Shown: in pieces, positions 1 through 9,559 of the stretch | Layout of the letters: the number at the start of each line of letters is the position of its first letter | Numbering within the stretch: the first letter of the stretch is position 1 | Source of the DNA: a virus | Reading direction: 5' to 3' (one strand) | IMG/VR virus record: IMGVR_UViG_3300022925_000008 | Span: 32,001-96,000 of that record | DNA: 64,000 nt | The notes under the pieces: generated by a model | The model's database searches: none | What the model was told of the DNA's origin: nothing | The model's input: the letters and a program-made list of their open reading frames with translations, nothing else | Made by a program: the position numbers and the translations under genes

Positions 1-546
1 CTCATTCCACCATTGAGGGGTTTCTCTTTTTTTCCACTTTGCAATATCCTGTTTTGCAATCCAATAGTAGTTACGATAAGAAGCGATAGAGTTTTTTTCT
101 ACGATACATTGGGGGTAATGTTGCATAGCAGGAATTGGTTGAGTGAATGGACCATCAAACATATCAGTAGGAGGAAATAAAAGATAATCAGACAGTTTTC
201 TAATGGATTCATGCACTTTCCCATAGCGATAAGTATATTCATCACCCAACGCTATCCACATATCATATAGCCACTGATAATTCTTTATAGAATCTCGAAC
301 CCAAATGGCAGATGGGTGGTTTATATGAGAAGCTTTATAGAGAACAGAATTCATTTCACCATTTTTTAGAAAGTACCGTTTAATAGATCTTCCATTTGCG
401 GTTTTGCCCATCCACATAGTACCATCAATAACTCTATGCGCTGTAGAAAGTAACTGCGCGTATTCAATATTCATCTTGACAACATGTTTGTCACAATGCA
501 TTTGCGCGCAAATAACAGGGTCTTTGTGCAAATAAAAGATATTCAA
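1..546 (-). CDS. Pyrimidine-dimer DNA glycosylase / endonuclease V-like protein (runs off left edge)
   Basis: Not in ORF track; manual translation from TTG at 546 overlapping the thyX stop: xNIFYLHKDPVICAQMHCDKHVVKMNIEYAQLLSTAHR...HINHPSAIWVR...YRYGKVH...YRNYY...KWKKRETPQWW, the typical pattern of this family. Confidence 0.75.
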   Translation of the reverse strand, partial: MNIFYLHKDPVICAQMHCDKHVVKMNIEYAQLLSTAHRVIDGTMWMGKTANGRSIKRYFLKNGEMNSVLYKASHINHPSAIWVRDSIKNYQWLYDMWIALGDEYTYRYGKVHESIRKLSDYLLFPPTDMFDGPFTQPIPAMQHYPQCIVEKNSIASYRNYYWIAKQDIAKWKKRETPQWWNE

Positions 547-1223
547 CTTTGAATTTCCTCAACAGCTGCCGTTACATCTGGAAAGTGTGTTTCAAGGATT
601 TCCCAAGCGGTCTTTGCTACGTCCATGTGTTCTTTCTGAGTACCATGGCCCATCCTAAGATCACAATAGTGGATCCACGAGCGAAGAGTGCCGGACATGT
701 ACAACGTAGTCTCGGTCAATCCCTCGGGCAGTAATGCTCGAGCTTGCTCTTTTGCAATGCCAGTGTTTAGTGCCATTTCATAGTAATCTTTGGCGACTCT
801 AGATACTTCGGCTTGCATCTCGCGGAAGACTTCTTGTGCTTTTTTCTGGCGTTCTGCATCATCATCTATTAGACTTAACTGACGATTAGTGGGATGTTGT
901 TTGCGCGCCTCTCGGTTTGTTACAAACGATTCAGAAACCGCATATCGTTGACTAAATTCTTGAAACGAGAACGAACGATGTCGTAGAATCTGCCTAGAGA
1001 TATCACGCGTCGTAGTAATTTCCATTGTAACACTGACCATCTCAAACGGAGACCAGTGCCCCTCTTTGATCAGATAACTAAGGAGTTTTTTAGCAGTTTT
1101 GGTATTATTCTGATTGGCGGGATTACTTACACGCGCTGCGTACGCTATCAACTCAGCGGCATTTTTACATCCAGTAATTGCGCTAGGGGTTGTTATACCT
1201 ACTAAACTAACTTTTGTTGTCAT
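543..1223 (-). CDS. thyX: Flavin-dependent thymidylate synthase ThyX
   Basis: RHRSFSFQEFSQRY ThyX motif, HWSPFE, ARALLP, LRSWIHY; start probably MTTKV at 1223. Confidence 0.95.
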   Translation of the reverse strand: MTTKVSLVGITTPSAITGCKNAAELIAYAARVSNPANQNNTKTAKKLLSYLIKEGHWSPFEMVSVTMEITTTRDISRQILRHRSFSFQEFSQRYAVSESFVTNREARKQHPTNRQLSLIDDDAERQKKAQEVFREMQAEVSRVAKDYYEMALNTGIAKEQARALLPEGLTETTLYMSGTLRSWIHYCDLRMGHGTQKEHMDVAKTAWEILETHFPDVTAAVEEIQS

Positions 1224-1416
1224 ACTTTCCATCCTCATATTCGCCAGGAACACTATAGTATGCAATCACACGATGTAATGCATTTACTAAATTTGTATCT
1301 GGATATCGTGTATCTTCATTTATATCTAGATCTTCTTTAAGGTGTTCAATTACAAATTGATCAAGTGCTTCGCCTTTAATCATTTCTCTTAAACGCATAA
1401 TATTATTATACCTCAA
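1207..1416 (-). CDS. Hypothetical protein
   Basis: 69 aa ORF tightly packed in operon. Confidence 0.55.
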   Translation of the reverse strand: MRYNNIMRLREMIKGEALDQFVIEHLKEDLDINEDTRYPDTNLVNALHRVIAYYSVPGEYEDGKYDNKS

Positions 1417-1435
1417 TTAAATATTTAAAACAAGT

Positions 1436-1519
1436 TGGTGGAGGGGGCTGGATTCGAACCAGCGTAGCTCTCGCGTCAGATTTACAGTCTGATGGTTTTA
1501 ACCACTCACCCACCCCTCC
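1436..1519 (-). tRNA. tRNA-Tyr(GTA)
   Basis: Reverse complement GGAGGGGTGGGTGAGTGG...AGACTGTAAATCT...long variable arm...GGTTCGAATCC...CCCCTCCACCA; encoded CCA. Confidence 0.95.
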
Positions 1520-1523
1520 GAAT

Positions 1524-1599
1524 TGGCTCCCTGTCGTGGGCTCGAACCACGGACCCAATGATTAACAGTCATTTGCTCTACCAACTGAGCTAACAGGGA
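1524..1599 (-). tRNA. tRNA-Asn(GTT)
   Basis: Reverse complement TCCCTGTTAGCTCAGTTGGTAGAGC..GACTGTTAATC..GGTTCGAGCCC..ACAGGGAGCCA; 76 nt, encoded CCA. Confidence 0.95.
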
Positions 1600-1615
1600 A
1601 TAGTGCGGCAAGTTA

Positions 1616-2293
1616 TTAAACAATAAACATCTTATCGTGTCCGACTTTGCAAGATGGATCAACCCAAATATCTATTCCGGCCATAATAGCGTCGCGACAG
1701 AAAGCAACGTCTTCAGAACACATTTCTGTGATATCATCAGAAATTTTAATTGCTTTAGGAGCGAACCATGGATATTCCATTTTTTCAAAGACACCTTTCT
1801 TGATCAAGACCCACCCAAAACCGATGTAGTCTGCCACAAAAGGCTCTTCTTTTTCTTTAATTTGATTAGAAGAAAGGAATTGGTAAGAACCGTGCTCTAG
1901 GAAGAATGATTCAGACATTACTTCTACAACGGGGGTCATTCTACTTCCATCTGTCATTGTAAAGGGTTGACAGTACCACCCAGAAGCAATATCTTTGTCC
2001 ATATCTACAAGTTTCTGAAAAGCATTATTATCAAAAACTTGATCTGAATCAATCCAAAGCATATAGTCATAATCCATACCACCAAAGGGTAATTGATTAC
2101 GTCCCCTCAACGTGGAAGCGCCAGCGACTTTACATCGAGCAAAATTCACCATAGGCGAGTAATGCTGAGATATCAGAGCTCTCCCTTTTTGAGATTGAAT
2201 GTAAGCGACCAATTCGACAATTGATGTAATAAATTTGCCAGAGTATGTTTTTCCTGGAAGACAAATTACAATTGTTTTGTCTTTAATAATCAT
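1616..2293 (-). CDS. GT-A fold glycosyltransferase-like protein typical of marine T4-like phages
   Basis: DYDYMLWIDSD DxD motif, GFGWVLIKKGVFE, SEDVAFC, WVDP...GHDK. Confidence 0.75.
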   Translation of the reverse strand: MIIKDKTIVICLPGKTYSGKFITSIVELVAYIQSQKGRALISQHYSPMVNFARCKVAGASTLRGRNQLPFGGMDYDYMLWIDSDQVFDNNAFQKLVDMDKDIASGWYCQPFTMTDGSRMTPVVEVMSESFFLEHGSYQFLSSNQIKEKEEPFVADYIGFGWVLIKKGVFEKMEYPWFAPKAIKISDDITEMCSEDVAFCRDAIMAGIDIWVDPSCKVGHDKMFIV

Positions 2294-2337
2294 ATTTTAT
2301 CTCACTTTAACAATGTGGTTAATTATATATTGAATCT

Positions 2338-2535
2338 TTATAAGGACAATGTCGCAATAATAACTATTGCCAAAACTAATGAAAATGTTGCAATACTATG
2401 CACAGTATTCATAAAATTATTTTCAAAATCAGAAGTTCTGGCGACCCACCCATTTCTGTTTTTTCTTCTTTCCATAAACGAAATCCTTAGATAAAATGAC
2501 TTAAAAAAATTGTTCCTAAAGCGATAGCAAAACAA
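2338..2535 (-). CDS. Small membrane protein (true start uncertain, probably shorter)
   Basis: Hydrophobic C-terminal helix. Confidence 0.35.
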   Translation of the reverse strand: MFCYRFRNNFFKSFYLRISFMERRKNRNGWVARTSDFENNFMNTVHSIATFSLVLAIVIIATLSL

Positions 2536-2636
2536 AGAATAGACCCGACGATCGTTTCGATTTCAGACTCGTAATAGACGATTGGTTCTTTCTTGACAGG
2601 TTTTTTATACACACATCCGACTCCGTTACCGACCAT
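2487..2636 (-). CDS. Small membrane protein (49 aa)
   Basis: GGAGG RBS before MVGNGVGC; C-terminal TM segment; upstream part of the track ORF is a shadow of the next gene. Confidence 0.5.
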   Translation of the reverse strand: MVGNGVGCVYKKPVKKEPIVYYESEIETIVGSILCFAIALGTIFLSHFI

Positions 2637-2637
2637 A

Positions 2638-3012
2638 TTAGAATATCCTCCCAAAATCAATGTTAGACCAACCTTCACTATCACACATCCATGCAGTACC
2701 ACACTTCTCGTTGACAATGATATCACCCACAGAAACCGAATGCATTCGAGTGAATTTCTGGATGCAAGACCCTTCAGGACCATATCCATTACCAACATGA
2801 AACACATCTTCGAGGGTATCAACACCCGTCACACGAGCAACTGATGAGAAATGCTCTTCCATCCAAGGTTCATAGTTTTCTGAACCGCTGAACTTGACAT
2901 CACGTTGGATTGCGATCTCGGGAAAGTCACCGAAGTCGCCGCCCCAACCAACCTTATTCAAGTGGTCTGAAGCTTCGTTGCTGAGGTGAAACTGGTGGAT
3001 TAAGTAAGACAT
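2638..3012 (-). CDS. Early protein, YodL-like domain
   Basis: MHSVSVGDII motif resembles YodL-family HSLSVSDIV; preceded by early promoter and AAGGA RBS. Confidence 0.55.
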   Translation of the reverse strand: MSYLIHQFHLSNEASDHLNKVGWGGDFGDFPEIAIQRDVKFSGSENYEPWMEEHFSSVARVTGVDTLEDVFHVGNGYGPEGSCIQKFTRMHSVSVGDIIVNEKCGTAWMCDSEGWSNIDFGRIF

Positions 3013-3038
3013 ATTCTTTCCTTTTTGCTTATGTAATT

Positions 3039-3087
3039 ATTATACCGCGCTTTTTGCTAAAAAGAAACCTATGCTAAGTTGTTGATA
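3039..3087 (-). promoter_or_regulatory. Early promoter with IHF-like upstream site
   Basis: TATCAACAACTTA - 30 nt - GGTATAAT on minus strand. Confidence 0.75.
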
Positions 3088-3090
3088 TCA

Positions 3091-3777
3091 TTACATTTTT
3101 GACGTTTTGTAGAGTTCGATAGTGTTGAGGAGTTTTTCCGACCAGTTGTCTCTGTGCTCGACAAAGACCTGCGCGGGTTCATTATCCACAGCAATTATGG
3201 TAACGAGTTGGGTAATAGGAACTCCGGTTCTCTCTTCCCACATGATGGCATATGCGGCTTCTTGTTGGAAGTAATTCTCGATATATTTTCGCAGTTTGGG
3301 TTTTCTGCTCGTTTTGTAATCGATGATTGATATTTTCCCATCAAACTCAGCAACGCAATCAACACGACCAGCAACCCCAAGATGGTCGCTGTATAGGGGA
3401 AGTTCTTGACCATATACCTTTCCAATTCGTTCGTCTAATATATCCTTTACGGTAAGAAAATTACTCACAATGTTCGGCATATACCCAGAAAGATAATTGG
3501 GGTCGTTGTTTACATATTTTTCAATAAGTTCATGAACTGCGGTGCCCCGTGTTGCCGCCCGATAAGAAATTTTATTCGCTTCTTCCTCGCCAATTCTTTT
3601 CTTCCAGGCGTTGATCGAGTCTTCGGACAAAACGCTGAGAACAGTTGTAATTGAAGGATAGTTGTTTTCTGGCGTCACATAATAACGCTTGCCATCAATT
3701 TGTGTTACTGATAGATCTTCATACCCCAAATCAACTGTACTATGTTCAAACAAGTCCCTTTCTCTTTTTTGATTCAT
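3091..3777 (-). CDS. PD-(D/E)xK exonuclease (Cas4/MGME1-like phage exonuclease)
   Basis: YPSITTVL, RGTAVHELIE, AGRVDCVAEFDGKISIIDYKTS, YFQQEAAYA. Confidence 0.85.
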   Translation of the reverse strand: MNQKRERDLFEHSTVDLGYEDLSVTQIDGKRYYVTPENNYPSITTVLSVLSEDSINAWKKRIGEEEANKISYRAATRGTAVHELIEKYVNNDPNYLSGYMPNIVSNFLTVKDILDERIGKVYGQELPLYSDHLGVAGRVDCVAEFDGKISIIDYKTSRKPKLRKYIENYFQQEAAYAIMWEERTGVPITQLVTIIAVDNEPAQVFVEHRDNWSEKLLNTIELYKTSKM

Positions 3778-4498
3778 ATTCTCTTCTTTGCTTTCGGTTT
3801 AATTTTTTTAAAATTTCTTCTTCTTTTTCAAGTTTTTTCTTTTCTTGGATAATCGTTTTCTTACTTTTATAAACAACGAACTCCATATTTTTCTGCTTGG
3901 GAATCTTAATGTCGTCATGATTATGATGAAAAACAAATTTTGTATTAGGGAATTCAGCAAACATGTTATGCCAAATGGGTCGCCAATTGCTAATCAATCT
4001 AAAGTTGTTAGTGTCTGTACGGTCACTGTACAAATACAAATCAGTGACTGATCTCATATTAAACTCAAACAAAGTGTCGAACCCATACATGTGAACTTCG
4101 GTCGCTTTGTGACGATTGCAGGCGTAGTGTACCGCCATGTGTCCGCAATTAAAATTAGTTGCTGCTTGGGGGCTTCCAGGTTCGCCACAGTAATCTGGAA
4201 CAATTAGATTAAATTCTTTTATCAGGGGGGCATATTTTAAATAGAAAGAAGATTGACTAGGGTCTTCCATCCAAATTTTCGGACGAGTGCCTAATACCCA
4301 CGGGTACATATCTAAGTTGACATGTCCTTCGCTAAGTGATTTCATCATCTTGAAATCTACCATACAGGTTGCATAAACTTCATCGCGAGGAATTGCGAAT
4401 GGAGGCATATTGCACAAAAGTTTCATGCCTGTACGTTTTTCGCTCATATAGTGAACTGACTGGTCGCCATTTCCAATTACATGGACTACTCTATTCAT
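3746..4498 (-). CDS. Putative glycosyltransferase (GT29/GT42/MptE-like Rossmann fold)
   Basis: N-terminal VHVIGNG and EVHMYGFD motifs; in glycan island. Confidence 0.5.
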   Translation of the reverse strand: MNRVVHVIGNGDQSVHYMSEKRTGMKLLCNMPPFAIPRDEVYATCMVDFKMMKSLSEGHVNLDMYPWVLGTRPKIWMEDPSQSSFYLKYAPLIKEFNLIVPDYCGEPGSPQAATNFNCGHMAVHYACNRHKATEVHMYGFDTLFEFNMRSVTDLYLYSDRTDTNNFRLISNWRPIWHNMFAEFPNTKFVFHHNHDDIKIPKQKNMEFVVYKSKKTIIQEKKKLEKEEEILKKLNRKQRREYESKKRKGLV

Positions 4499-5150
4499 TA
4501 TAAATTATCTTCCTTATTTTATCTTTTCCTTTCTGCCCCGTCCAATGCATTGCCAGTTTTTTACTACTATCCATTCCATCAAGAAGTTGTATTCTCATCC
4601 AATTGTATTTGTTAGGAAGGTCAGTAATGTGCTGCAATCTCATCAATGGACTTATACTTAGTATCTCATGAAGAACCTCTTGGTCGCCCACCTTGGGCGA
4701 TACACTACATTGCTCGACCCATTTCTTCAGCATGGGGGGTTTTCCTCTAAATGCAACTACACCAGAATTGTGCCACTTCTCGCCTCTTCTTTTAGACCAA
4801 GGTTTGTCTTCTACCATTGCGATTTTATTATCTTCGAGATGATCAAATACTCCACTCATATCACCAAGGATTTCTATGTCTGTGTCAACCCAGCAAGTTT
4901 CTTTTCCAGGAGATAGCATGAAGGTTTTGGGTTTAAGAAACCATCCATTTACTCTTTGCTTTGGAACATCGATTATATCGTCAAATCCGCTTATCTGATA
5001 CACCCATGTTTTAACTTCTTTACTAACACCAAAGTCTGCAAATATAATTGGTGTGTTGTTGTGTTTCTTATAGTTTTTGATAAACCACTCTAGCATCCAT
5101 TCGGTGTTAGAGTCACAACCTGTGATAAAACATCTATCGTAAGATTTCAT
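4491..5150 (-). CDS. Nucleotide-diphospho-sugar transferase (GT8-like)
   Basis: CWVDTD DxD, NSGVV, GDQEVL, HWTG motifs. Confidence 0.75.
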   Translation of the reverse strand: MKSYDRCFITGCDSNTEWMLEWFIKNYKKHNNTPIIFADFGVSKEVKTWVYQISGFDDIIDVPKQRVNGWFLKPKTFMLSPGKETCWVDTDIEILGDMSGVFDHLEDNKIAMVEDKPWSKRRGEKWHNSGVVAFRGKPPMLKKWVEQCSVSPKVGDQEVLHEILSISPLMRLQHITDLPNKYNWMRIQLLDGMDSSKKLAMHWTGQKGKDKIRKIIYNE

Positions 5151-5781
5151 ATTTCTTTCCTCCCCGCCAATTGTGTTTGGCGAGGCAACCTTCCTCTTTC
5201 TGTATTGTAGTGAAACTATCTTTTGCTACAACCGGCCAAGGGTAGTATTCTTCAAGGAAAGGAAACCTATCGTTGTGTAAAAATATATCTGTTGGTCCGG
5301 CATCTATCTTCGCTTGTTGTATCAAGGCGAGAGCAGCACCAGGCTTTACGCGATATGCATGCGCACCAGGAAAGTATTGCTTAGAAACTAGATCAACAGG
5401 TCCAAGCCCTTCAGGATATTTAAACCTGCCATAACTGGGTTGCCCCAAAGAAATACACCCTTTGTGGTTAATGAATTCGGGAAGATGACTCACTGCCACA
5501 GCGTCATGCTCAAATATTTGCAATTCCTGTTTTTTAGAGACGCTAAGTTTCCAAAGAGTATAATGAGATAAGAACGCCGACATGCAAGACTCAAGGTAAG
5601 AATATTTCTCGAAAAAGTTCTCTATAGGCAAACCCTCCTCTTTAAACAACTCGTGTGGTTTGTCTTTGGGGGTTATGGCAGGAAACATAGTGGTGCCAAA
5701 TTCTTTGGTTGATCTAATACATCTTTCTGCCGAAGCAACGGAACGTGGATTGTCCATTATAGTTATAACAAATGATTTCAT
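5134..5781 (-). CDS. GT25-like glycosyltransferase (paralog 3)
   Basis: FVITI...SAFLSHYTLWK...IFEHDA...GAHAY; start MKSFV at 5781. Confidence 0.75.
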   Translation of the reverse strand: MKSFVITIMDNPRSVASAERCIRSTKEFGTTMFPAITPKDKPHELFKEEGLPIENFFEKYSYLESCMSAFLSHYTLWKLSVSKKQELQIFEHDAVAVSHLPEFINHKGCISLGQPSYGRFKYPEGLGPVDLVSKQYFPGAHAYRVKPGAALALIQQAKIDAGPTDIFLHNDRFPFLEEYYPWPVVAKDSFTTIQKEEGCLAKHNWRGGKKYEILR

Positions 5782-6470
5782 AGTGTCGTCGTCGATTTTA
5801 TTTTTTGTATAGCGGTGGCATATACACCCATACATCCAAGCATGTTAGGCATAAGTTGTTTGCACATAATCGCGTCGTTGGGCCATGCACCGTATTCTTT
5901 AACGAGTTTCAGTAATTTTTTTGCGCCCTTTGGGTTTATATAGTAAGCAGAATTTCCAGGTAAACCTTGTGGTAAGTTATGGTCGTCGATCCATGGCACA
6001 GGCACTACTTTTTTGCCATGAATAATATCATGATACAATGCCGATTTACGGGTAGCGCCTCGTGGATCATTTAAAGATACTATATTGTAACTCAAATTAT
6101 CAAAGAAAGCAAGGTCTAATTGTCTAATGAATATAGCATCATGCTCAAAGACCAAAAAAGGTTCTTCGTTTTCAGCGCATTTATTCCACAACATCCAATG
6201 TGATAGAAAACACGCCATTCGTTTCTTAGGGTCTTTGGTTTCATATGGCGTCTTTCGCATGCCGCTTTGAATATCCAGGATTTCTTTATCCCATGGGTAG
6301 TTCCATTTGATACCGCGATTAAAAAACCCAGAAGTGACATCTTTAGGTTCTGCTGCTTTGAATTTACTAATCGTAAACTGATTATTAAAATGATTAGAAC
6401 TGTCGATCAATCGGTCAGCGGCTGAAAACGAATCAACGTTTTTTGATAGTGTTATGACAAATGCTTTCAT
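5778..6470 (-). CDS. GT25-like glycosyltransferase (paralog 2)
   Basis: AFVITL...ACFLSHWMLW...VFEHDA...GNSAYYINPKGAKKL. Confidence 0.8.
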   Translation of the reverse strand: MKAFVITLSKNVDSFSAADRLIDSSNHFNNQFTISKFKAAEPKDVTSGFFNRGIKWNYPWDKEILDIQSGMRKTPYETKDPKKRMACFLSHWMLWNKCAENEEPFLVFEHDAIFIRQLDLAFFDNLSYNIVSLNDPRGATRKSALYHDIIHGKKVVPVPWIDDHNLPQGLPGNSAYYINPKGAKKLLKLVKEYGAWPNDAIMCKQLMPNMLGCMGVYATAIQKIKSTTTL

Positions 6471-7159
6471 TAATTACCATGAGAAGTATTTAGATTTACT
6501 TTATTATACCTTACTGGAGAAGGAAAAACAAACTCCATATGAACGTTTAAAGAATTGATATGGAAATCAGATTGTTCTAATCCCCATTTCTCGGAAGCAT
6601 GCAATAGTTTTCTAGCACCTTTAGGAGTGAGACAATATGCTGCGGTTCCAGGAGACATTGTTTGATTTTGATATAATGTGTTCTTGTAATACTTTAACGG
6701 GAAATCAGCGGGAAAGTCATGAACGCCTGGAAAAGGAATATGGCTATACTTGCATAAGTGGGGGTGGTTTGCCAGCACTGTGGGTGGTTTGAAACAATAT
6801 TCAAACGTAAGAAATAAGAACTCGTCAAACGGCGTTGGTTGGTAAGGGGCGATACAAACAGCATCGTGCTCTATAAATGCCATTGGTTGTTTTGCGTCTA
6901 TTACTGCTTCGCAAAATTTTAAATTGTTGAATAAACAACTCTTCTTGATTTTATACTTGTGGGGTTCGTTTTTACTAATCCCGTCAAGTCTTCCATTCTT
7001 TACGTTAGGGTAAGGGAAGTCTTCTTCGTTAAGGGTTTCTGGCGTAATCCCTGGATGCATCTTAACGTCCCATCCGTATTTTGTAAAAGAATCAAATGCT
7101 TTCTTTGCTTGTTTCTCTGAATCTTCTCTGCCCTCGATATAAACTATCTGTCCCTTCAT
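6470..7159 (-). CDS. GT25-like glycosyltransferase (paralog 1)
   Basis: SCLFNN...FIEHDA...GTAAYCLTPKGARKL. Confidence 0.7.
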   Translation of the reverse strand: MKGQIVYIEGREDSEKQAKKAFDSFTKYGWDVKMHPGITPETLNEEDFPYPNVKNGRLDGISKNEPHKYKIKKSCLFNNLKFCEAVIDAKQPMAFIEHDAVCIAPYQPTPFDEFLFLTFEYCFKPPTVLANHPHLCKYSHIPFPGVHDFPADFPLKYYKNTLYQNQTMSPGTAAYCLTPKGARKLLHASEKWGLEQSDFHINSLNVHMEFVFPSPVRYNKVNLNTSHGN

Positions 7160-7902
7160 TTATTGCTGCCGTGCTCATTGTTTGCTCGCAACCCTTTGAA
7201 ATGACGACAGTGTTTGATCAGGGGAGATTCATTCCAAGCGTGTGTGGCATTTTTCGATAGTCGAGTATGTTTCACCCCATTTTTTGTCGATAAAGAAATC
7301 ATATAATCGTGCACATGACTATCGGTCCATCCAGATTCAATCTGCGTGATTTTGCCGTTATCATATAGATCCATTACAGTATCCCACCACTCATTATTAT
7401 ATGAATGTTCTTTGTCAAATATTACGAACCCAGTTTCAGCGTGCCTTGTTTTTCTATGAAGAAAAGAAGTATACGTGCCTTCGTTGATAAGGGATTTCAT
7501 CCATTCATTACTTGGCGCTGATTCAAAGAGAACATCAGCATCTACCCAAACCATATATCTGTTTTGTTGCGACCTAATAGCCTCGTTCATCGCATAAACT
7601 TTATAACAAAAGCGGTCAGCGTCCCAAAAGTAATAAAGGTTTTTGTTATACACGTCACTATTGCATTCGACATTGGGTGGTATTTTAGAATTTTTAATAG
7701 GCATGAACCATTCTTTAAATTTCTGAATTCTTTCTTCGGGTAATTTATAATATTTTACACGCTCTCTGTCTTCGGGAAGTTCCTGATCCAGATAAACTGA
7801 GATAGTGCAATTGCTGGGTAGGTATTTTTCGCAAGAAGTTACCATGTCATGCCCCCACTTATGCTTTTCGGCGAATGTTGTAACAATATTAAATTCTTGC
7901 AT
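7156..7902 (-). CDS. GT-A glycosyltransferase-like protein
   Basis: RFCYKV, MVWVDAD DxD, ETGFV, WTDSHV. Confidence 0.7.
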   Translation of the reverse strand: MQEFNIVTTFAEKHKWGHDMVTSCEKYLPSNCTISVYLDQELPEDRERVKYYKLPEERIQKFKEWFMPIKNSKIPPNVECNSDVYNKNLYYFWDADRFCYKVYAMNEAIRSQQNRYMVWVDADVLFESAPSNEWMKSLINEGTYTSFLHRKTRHAETGFVIFDKEHSYNNEWWDTVMDLYDNGKITQIESGWTDSHVHDYMISLSTKNGVKHTRLSKNATHAWNESPLIKHCRHFKGLRANNEHGSNK

Positions 7903-8239
7903 GTCTTCTCTCTATGTCTTCTTCTACGCACAATTTTCCATACTGCACTTCGAGTATTGAACAGGGTTCGTCAAACGGATTGCAACCTTGGTGCCATGTA
8001 CCTTGGGGTATTACACAAGTTTCATACTCGCTGTAAACTCTTTCGGACTTGCTCTTTTCGTCTTCTAGATATAAAGTGAATTTACCTTTAAGGACAAACC
8101 AATGCTCGTTTCGTTTGAAATGACGTTGAAAAGATAACGCGCCTCCAGGTTCTAAGATTAATTCTTTGACTTTTACGCTAGGTTCTTTTTCAACAAGGAC
8201 ATGCCACCAACCCCAGTCTCTTTTATTTATTTCGTTCAA
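7889..8239 (-). CDS. Cupin, mannose-6-phosphate isomerase type II C-terminal domain
   Basis: RDWGWW, VKELILEPGGALSFQRHFKRNEHW, WH...N, ILEVQYG...EEDIER. Confidence 0.85.
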   Translation of the reverse strand: MNEINKRDWGWWHVLVEKEPSVKVKELILEPGGALSFQRHFKRNEHWFVLKGKFTLYLEDEKSKSERVYSEYETCVIPQGTWHQGCNPFDEPCSILEVQYGKLCVEEDIERRHARI

Positions 8240-9188
8240 TGTCAGCCTCTACCATCATAGCAACCAAACTACCGATTGGTGTTTTGGGTTCCCAACCCAA
8301 TACTCTTTTAGCCTTTGCTGGATTGCCCAGAAGAACATCCAATTCTGCCGGACGAACGAAAGCAGGGTCTTGATAAACATAATTGCTCCAGTCTTCAATA
8401 CCGATCTCCATAAACGCCAAGTCTAGAAAATCTTTAATAGTGTAGGTAGATCCGGTAGCGATCACAAAATCATCAGGTTCGTTATGCTGTAGCATCATCC
8501 ACATTGCTTCTACGTAATCGCCGCTAAACCCCCAATCACGTTTAGAATCTAGATTACCCAAAGAAACTTTGTCCTGAATCCCTAACGAAATTTTAGCAAC
8601 AGCGTCGGTTATTTTTCGAGTAACAAATTCGATTCCACGCACAGGACTTTCGTGATTGAACAGAATGCCATTGGCGGCAAACATACCATAACTCTCACGA
8701 TAGTTGACCACCATATTATGTGCAAATGTTTTTGCAACACCATAGGGCGACCGAGGAACAAAATTAGTGTTTTCGTCTTTGGGTTGAGATCCCCCACAAT
8801 TTCCATACATTTCAGAAGTGCTTGCTTGATAGATCTTAGTATGGGGAGAGAAATTCTTGACGGCCTCCAAAACATAAAGCACGCCCATAGCATTTACATT
8901 AGAAGTATATACTGGGGTGTCCCAACTCGACCCAACGAAACTCATAGCAGCAAGATTGTATAGTTCGTCGGGAAGGGTTTTCTTTATCACATTTTGGATA
9001 CTACACTGATCAGTCATATCAGCGTTAATAAATTCAACGCCTCTGACATTTAACCAATCTAAATTGGCGTAGGATTGATTTACTCGGCGGGAAGATAAAC
9101 CATATACTTTATACCCCTTTCCTAACAAAAGTTTAGCTAGGTAAGCGCCGTCTTGACCCATTATGCCTGTAATCAAAGCAGTTTTCAT
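8223..9188 (-). CDS. gmd: GDP-mannose 4,6-dehydratase
   Basis: TGIMGQDGAYLA, YNLAAMSFV, YQASTSEMYG, SPYGVAK, NHESP.RG..FVTRKI, GNLD.KRDWG. Confidence 0.95.
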   Translation of the reverse strand: MKTALITGIMGQDGAYLAKLLLGKGYKVYGLSSRRVNQSYANLDWLNVRGVEFINADMTDQCSIQNVIKKTLPDELYNLAAMSFVGSSWDTPVYTSNVNAMGVLYVLEAVKNFSPHTKIYQASTSEMYGNCGGSQPKDENTNFVPRSPYGVAKTFAHNMVVNYRESYGMFAANGILFNHESPVRGIEFVTRKITDAVAKISLGIQDKVSLGNLDSKRDWGFSGDYVEAMWMMLQHNEPDDFVIATGSTYTIKDFLDLAFMEIGIEDWSNYVYQDPAFVRPAELDVLLGNPAKAKRVLGWEPKTPIGSLVAMMVEADIERNK

Positions 9189-9190
9189 AA

Positions 9191-9559
9191 TCAATTAGTC
9201 CTATGACTTTTATGTTCAGTTATTTCCGAGTCAGTCAATTTATCTATAATCTTTTTAACTCGTGCTCTTTCGTCGTTAAACATATAGACGCACCTTGCCA
9301 GTTGAACAAACTCCTCATCAAACAACCCGTCGATTTCTTTCGATCTTTTGCCCTCTTCAACATTCCAACAGGCCATGTTGATTGACTTCAATATGTACTT
9401 CAAGTCTTGACCAATCCGGTCAGGCAAATTGCATTTTTCTGCTATGTCTTTGAGTTTATCCAACTCTAAATTAGTGTCGAGTCCATGCTGTCTTTTTATC
9501 TCTAAAATGGTAATTTTATCTAACAACTCACCAACGCTGATTGGTACTTCAATCTTCAT
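9191..9559 (-). CDS. Conserved protein (DUF6165-like), commonly next to sugar genes
   Basis: VPISVGELLDKITILEIK...W.VEE...LAR.VY..ND.RA..K..I. Confidence 0.65.
   Translation of the reverse strand: MKIEVPISVGELLDKITILEIKRQHGLDTNLELDKLKDIAEKCNLPDRIGQDLKYILKSINMACWNVEEGKRSKEIDGLFDEEFVQLARCVYMFNDERARVKKIIDKLTDSEITEHKSHRTN

Noticed and set aside
2487-2825. 112-aa track ORF
   Set aside because: Upstream two thirds overlaps the 2638-3012 gene in another frame; only the part from 2636 has a GGAGG RBS
3091-3777. Cas4 as sign of a CRISPR system
   Set aside because: Stand-alone PD-(D/E)xK exonuclease common in T4-like phages; no Fe-S Cys set, array or cas1
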